The translations under genes and the position numbers were made by a program. A DNA stretch of 64,000 bases from Eledone cirrhosa (lineage: Eukaryota): the NCBI GenBank assembly GCA_964016885.1, contig OZ024743.1:330150001-330214000 (forward strand), read 5' to 3'. This document shows positions 55,643 through 64,000 of the stretch, piece by piece. The notes beneath the pieces were generated by a model, which worked only from the letters and a program-made list of their open reading frames with translations, was not told where the DNA came from and ran no database searches. The stretch's first letter is position 1; the number at the start of each line of letters is the position of its first letter.

Positions 55643-56068
55643 TGGATTGGCAGTATCGGTAGAGGGTCTGACGCCATGATTTGCAGCAAAGAATCGGTAG
55701 AGGGTCTGACGCCATGATTTGCAGCAAAGAGTTACGGCCCTTTATGATCTGAGTTCAAATCCCGCCGAGGTTAACTTTGCTTTCATCCTTACGGGCTCGA
55801 TAAAAGAAAGTACCAGTAATACACTGGGATAATTGCTGGCCTTGTGCCCAAAGTAGAAACAATTATTATTTTGGTAGTATCGGTAGAGCGTCGGACAACA
55901 TGGTTCGCAGCATAGAGTTCTGATTTCAAATCCTATCGAGGTTAACTTTGCCTTTCATCCTTACGGGGCCGATAAAATAAGGCACCAGTAATGCACTGGG
56001 GTTGATTTAATTGACTTTCCCCCTTCCCTTCAAATTGCTGGCCTTGTGCCAAAAGTAGAAACCATTAT
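55643..56068 (+). mobile_element. Two tandem tRNA-derived SINEs, the first with a 38-bp internal duplication
   Basis: Family motifs present. ATCGGTAGAGGGTCTGACGCCATGATTTGCAGCAAAGA occurs twice (55655-55730). Confidence 0.88.
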
Positions 56069-57680
56069 TATTGGGAGTCATTCCCAGCAAAGCTGGAAGT
56101 AAGTAGCAGTAAATCAAGCTACAAGCAACCATTTTATTTGTTGAGGAAGTGTGTGTGTGTGTGGGGGGGGGGGGGTCTAAAAACGTAAAGAAAAAAAATC
56201 AATAACATTCCAATGTGACTTTATTCTTGAAATCATAAAAGACTCGGTCGAAGATATCTTATTTTATTAAGTTGGAAACGTTAAAAAGGTAAATTTCTCC
56301 TCGGGGGGATTCGAGGAGAAATACAGCAGGAACAGGAAGCAATAAAGCCGGGCTTTTTCTATTACGTTCCAAGTGTTTTGCCAATTTAACTTCTTAAAAT
56401 GAAATATATTTTAACAAGGGAACTACATTTAATGCTTAAGAAGATGTTGCTAGTTGGATGACATGGATTGGATCTCCGTCAGTTTTGATGACAAGTGCCC
56501 AAATAAATCGATCAACGGATCAGCCTGTTTATGAGATTAATACATACGTGCCTGTGCATTACACACACATATGTACCTTTCACATAATTCTTTGGAATAT
56601 CCAGCGTGACAGTGACTGACATCTACAGTCAATCAACTGGGCTTCCAAACAGTTTCTGTCTCCAATTTAATTGATAAGATTTTAGTTGACACAAAGCTAT
56701 GGTAAATGACATTGTTTTTCAAAGTGCAATGCAGTTTGATCTCACTGCGTGGCATCTTAGGCAGTATCTTTTACCATTCCCTCGGGTCAACTCAAGCTTT
56801 GTGAATTGAATTGGGTAGACAGACATTGTTTCGAAGCCTGTAGGATGGGCTGCACTTGTAATTGAAAAGAGGTCTCTTGAAAATGATTATGTTCCGATGA
56901 ATAATCTTGAGACTTACATTAAATTCTCAACAACTGACGCGAAATATATGTAAATGTTCAAATCATCGTCTAAACTGGTGGAAGTCCATTTACATATATT
57001 TCGCGTCAGTGCATTCTTTTAATTAGATGACAAGAAGTACTTAGGGACGACAGTTCAGCAACAACTTTGATTGTATCCTGACAAATGAGAAAATAATTGC
57101 TTTTCTAGAAATATGTCTTTTTATTATACTACAAACTAAAAGTGTGTGTACCGCATATTTTTCCTGCTGATGAGTTAGGCCAAAAGAAATAGCCTCTACC
57201 TGATAACTCGAAATGTTATAGATAGCAGGCAATCCTTCTACCCAAATTACATCCTACTGTCTTAACTCTTTACTATTTAAACTGGGCCTAACCAGCCAGA
57301 ATTCTCTCACCTCTCTGCGTTTAAACCACCCGTAACCAGCGCTCATACGACAGGTGTTTGTGACTTTCTGAATGGTCTGTAGAGGAATTATTTTGTGTGC
57401 ATGTGTGTGTGGAAAAGTATGTGTATGTTTATGTATGTGTATATTTGTGTGTGTATATTAAAATTGACATGAATTTCGGTGTCCAAGTGAAACGATATGC
57501 TTCGTGAGTTCGATATTTAGGAAAGAAGAGCGTATATATTGTAAATAGGTAGTAACAACGGCTGAGCTCACGCCGTTTCGACGGCGTTTGTCTAAACTGG
57601 TAATTCCCAATCTATTGAACACTTACTCATGTGCCTTCTCAACGGCGTGGTTGGAGCCGTTTGGCATTATATAAATATAT

Positions 57681-57765
<85 letters not shown>

Positions 57766-58111
57766 AATACTGCGTGGTTTGCACATGGGTTACATATGAT
57801 AAAAATAGTCCTTCGTCAGTGATTTTCCAACCATCATTGGTATTTCATCGCATTAAAAATCAGATACCTCAGGCTGGTGCGAGCTGGTGCGAACTAAAAA
57901 AGTTATTGGGACCAGAATTCGTGTAAGGCGAGGGAGAAAAATAAACAACATAGAAGGATAAAAGCAAACCGAAGATAGGAAAATAAACAAGCAACATGGT
58001 TGTCCGGTCAGCATAAACTGGGTGGATTTCATGAGCGAGAGAGGTACAGACCGTGTTGATGTGTATGAGATGTGAGCAAGAAGAGACCCATATATATATA
58101 TATATGTTTCC

Positions 58112-58144
<33 letters not shown>

Positions 58145-58380
58145 AATTTTTACTCGTATTATAGAAATAATTTCCACAGGTCTAGAACTGTTTCTTTCGT
58201 AAGAAATCATAAAATGTACAAACCTATACTTTACTGGCATATTGAGGACTTATCTTAACAATTGTCGCCTTCCGTTTTACCTCGGTATCCTACATGCTTA
58301 TATATATAATAAGGAGTTGACGGACCCAGCATATTTATCAATGCCAGGACCGGTTGTATCACCAGCGTACTCCATGGGCA

Positions 58381-60475
<2,095 letters not shown>

Positions 60476-60525
60476 ATATATATACACGTATATATATACG
60501 TATATATATATACGTATATATATAC

Positions 60526-60570
<45 letters not shown>

Positions 60571-61287
60571 TATATTTATAGATAGATAGATAAGTGAATA
60601 TATATATATATTCATTTATCTATTATCTTTCTATCTATCTATCTCCCTATCTATCTATATCTCTCTATATATATCGATCATTAAATGGTAATTTATCATT
60701 ACATTCCATTCGGTTGCAAGATGTTGCTTCTTTGCTGTAATATATTACTGCTATATTCACGTTCTCATATCAAGTTCTATTGCAAACATTCTTTAATCTG
60801 TCTCAGATTTCGTCCCTCGTGTTATTACACTTTCATAGAATGCATTATTAATAGGTTTTTAGCTCTTTAACTAACATACTCCTTCTTTAGCAGAACCAAG
60901 CATTAATCACACAGATTATATTATGTTCATCAAACCACTTGCCGATTACAACGAAGCTACCTAATCATTTACTCTACGTCTTGGATATCTTAAATATCTT
61001 TCTCTCTACAGCTTTACCTTCAATCTACCCTTCCACTCTTATTTTTAAATATTTAGTTGGCTAATTAGTTTGAATTCCTGTGTAAATCGTGCAAATCTTT
61101 ACACTAATCTAACAAACATATCGCCTCATAACACATTCATTAACCAACCAGAGGAAACTCGTTTGGGCAAATATATTTCTCACAAGTAAACTTTCGGAAT
61201 TTTCTCTCTTTCTTCTTATCCCCCTTCCTCCTCCTCCTCCTCCTGTTTCTTCTCTTGTTGTTGTTCTGCTTCTTCTTCTTCTTCTTC

Positions 61288-61325
<38 letters not shown>

Positions 61326-61823
61326 GGTTGGCGACCTACATAGTAAATCGTATCATCGTGAGCTCCGCAAAGGTTTGTTGTTTCCGTTTGTTAAAAATTG
61401 CCATTTATGGAAAAATTTTATTGTTAACTGTATATAAGCGCACATACATTGTTTTCCGAAAAGAACACCCAAAAAGATTGGGGCCTTGTGCCCAAAATTT
61501 AAACTTTTATGATTATCAAAAAATTTCTTTGAAGAAGTCATGGCTGATTCACCTCTGCACCAAGCAGCTGAGAGCCTTCCTCACAAACTAACACCTCACA
61601 CCGACACCACCATTGTAAATATTATTACGTTTGCCAACACTAAAAATTTAAGCAGTAGCAATATTATAAATTTGTCTCAGGCAGACATTCATTTCCCGCC
61701 ATTACCAATGACTGCAGGTGTTAAAGCCGCCACCACTACCACCACCGCGACAACCACCACCCCAACCACACCACAGCGACAACAGAAACAAAAGAAAAAA
61801 ATAAATTAACTCGTGATGTCGAA

Positions 61824-63504
61824 ATGAATTCAACCAAAATGAACCCTTCCACACCGAACACCACTGACGCCACCACCACCACAACTGAAACTAAAATTAA
61901 TAATAACAAAAATAACGATAACAACAACAGCAACAATGACATTAAGAAAACCACCCTGAGTTTTGCCAGAGTAGCAGTGCGAAAAATTTTAGGTAAGTCA
62001 GGAGGAATTAGAAGATGCCAAAAAAATGGTAAAGAAAGATGGGTACAGGGTCACCCCCCCCCCCCACACACATACACCTAATAAAATGGAGCATCGGCGC
62101 CTATGCATCGTGTCTTATCGAACAATTAATGTAAAATCGCTCCGAGTGGAACGGGCATCCGAGTCCCAAATCCAAAAAGCTTTGGGACATGTGTGGGCAA
62201 AAAAACCCCACATCAGACGTGGGCAGAAGTATGGAACCGTGGATGTGTTCTTTGAAACACCAGAGGAGGCTAGAGAACACTCCATGGCCCCATTAAGAAG
62301 TGACGACTTCACACTCGTCCCAAGCTATTGTGGTCAGAGATTCGTAAAGATCAGGGTGACCCACGTTCCACCGGCCATCGAAATTCCCTGGCTAATAGCT
62401 GCCGTCCTCGCCGGTATCGAAGCCAACACTAAGATAATAGCAATAGCGAAAGAAAAGCAGGAGAACTGGTCCGGATCTGGGATGGAGCTCCTGATCCAAG
62501 CGGACCAAAAAAGCATTGAGGAGATCCCAGAGGTAATAGCCTCACTGACGGCAGCCACCTCACCGTAATTGTCGGAGGCAGAAGGCCTAGGTGTGTCGTT
62601 TGTGGTGAAGGAACCCACCTAAGGCTCTCTGCCCTCAGGCTAAAAGGTTGAGGCCACCTCTCCTACCCACCCCAGTGACTCAACCATCAACACCACCAGC
62701 AGCAGAGATGGCAGCAACAACTGTAGCAGCAACAACAGAAGCAACTATAACAGCAACAACCCCAGCAACAGTAGCAAAACCAACACCACCACCACCCAAC
62801 GCTTCAGAACTAGCACCAGCGCCTACAACCATCCACCACGCCACAACCAAAACTAACGCCTGTGGAGGATTTTCCACTCCCCGGCCTATCACAACTGGAG
62901 ACAGATTGTGACGACGAGGAGTGGGAAACGGTATCAGGAAAAAAAAAGAAACCAAAAAAGAAAAAATTCTCTTCCTTCCCCCTCCAAAAACAAAATACAG
63001 AGGGAAACAAATAAATTAACAAACAAAAAAGTTAGGACAGATATGACACCATCCACACCAGCATCAACAACCCCATCACCCCAAACACCAACACCATCAC
63101 CATCATTAACCCCAACACCACCATCACCTACACCACAAAAGTCACCAAAATGCGAAACAGAAACAGACCCACAACAAACGCAAACAAAACAAAACAACCA
63201 AAACGATACACACTACACAGCATTAAATTTGAACAACAAGCAATTATTACACTACATCCAACACAACACCAGCATCACAGAAAAAGACTACACAACGACC
63301 CAAAAATTGACACCACCTCCACACATACAAATCACTCGCATCACACAGAAAACGTACATGACACTAAAACAAAAATTCCCCAAAGACATCGGAGACTTCC
63401 GACAAGCACTCTCCAGGAGGATTTATAAGGACATCCTTCCTGAGGAGGCCACAAGCAGTGAAAAGGATGGAAAAACCGTCCTTCCTCTACGAGAAGTAAG
63501 GTAA
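61824..63504 (+). pseudogene. LINE ORF1 (gag-like), frameshifted
   Basis: Fragments 61824-62081, 62026-62568, 62648-62911 and 62908-63504. CVVCGEGTHLRLS(C)P = CX2CX4HX4C at ~62592-62635 with a 1-nt frameshift. Thr/Pro-rich tail. Confidence 0.7.
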
Positions 63505-63538
63505 GTGGTATTTCCCATCTTTTCCACTCCTTTTCAAC

Positions 63539-64000
63539 ATGACCTCACTCAGAATAGGCAGCATAAATGCGCGTGGCTTGGGGTCGTCATGGAAGCAGGG
63601 CCACCTGCTCAACGACCTCAGGTCACTAAACATAGATGTAGTGGCCATCAGCGAGACGAGAATCTCCGAAGCACGGGCCTTCGCACCGATCTTCGGCGGC
63701 TACGATGTGTACGCATCTCCCAGCCGTCCGGGATCGGGGGGAGGAGTTGCTGTGCTTTTTCGGAGAGGTTTGGATCTTGCCATACGGGCCATCTTCCTGG
63801 ACCTAGAAGGTAAGTTGGTGGTGCTGGACGTGACCAGCGGAGACGGGCAAGCTTTCAGGTTAGTGGCCGTCTATGCCCCGACAGGAGCAGGGCGGCCTGA
63901 TTTCTTCCGGCGTCTCGAGACCTTTCTTGGAACGTCCCGCTCTTTAGTGTTAGTGGGCGACTGGAACGGGATCTTATATGCACGCTGGGATTGTGTGGGA
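63539..64000 (+). CDS. LINE ORF2 N-terminus, apurinic/apyrimidinic-type endonuclease (partial)
   Basis: Open frame absent from the ORF track: MTSLRIGSINARGL...DVVAISETR...GGGVAVLF...LVAVYAPT...LVLVGDWN. Confidence 0.92.
   Translation, partial: MTSLRIGSINARGLGSSWKQGHLLNDLRSLNIDVVAISETRISEARAFAPIFGGYDVYASPSRPGSGGGVAVLFRRGLDLAIRAIFLDLEGKLVVLDVTSGDGQAFRLVAVYAPTGAGRPDFFRRLETFLGTSRSLVLVGDWNGILYARWDCVG

Larger units (their letters stand above)
61326..64000 (+). mobile_element. L1-clade (Tx1-like) LINE, 5' half, runs off the window
   Basis: Frameshifted ORF1 with zinc knuckle, followed by an APE endonuclease ORF2. The 5' boundary is inferred from the end of the (TTC)n(TTA)n tract. Confidence 0.8.

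Overview
Eukaryotic, AT-rich, transposon- and microsatellite-dense DNA with no host protein-coding gene that I can support. The SINE repertoire and dense (TA)n/(CA)n/(TACA)n tracts suggest a mollusc, probably an octopus or other cephalopod (inference). Main contents: a 39-bp minisatellite with higher-order structure (1-6347); a near full-length, disabled R4/Dong-type RLE retrotransposon inserted in a (TATG)n tract; three copies of a bipartite RTE-derived non-autonomous element; at least five Penelope-like element (PLE) insertions, including a near-complete Naiad-like element with pseudo-LTRs; a 5-kb 11-bp G-rich minisatellite; Helentron-type non-autonomous elements; many tRNA-derived SINEs; and the 5' half of an L1/Tx1-type LINE running off the window. 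The most notable signal is RNA-level: several unrelated minimal type I hammerhead ribozyme (HHR) motifs, a ~316-nt retrozyme-like unit, and fold-back palindromes that appear centred on hammerhead stem II or other small hairpins. Most ORFs in the supplied track are microsatellite translation artefacts. Boundaries were read by eye and are approximate.
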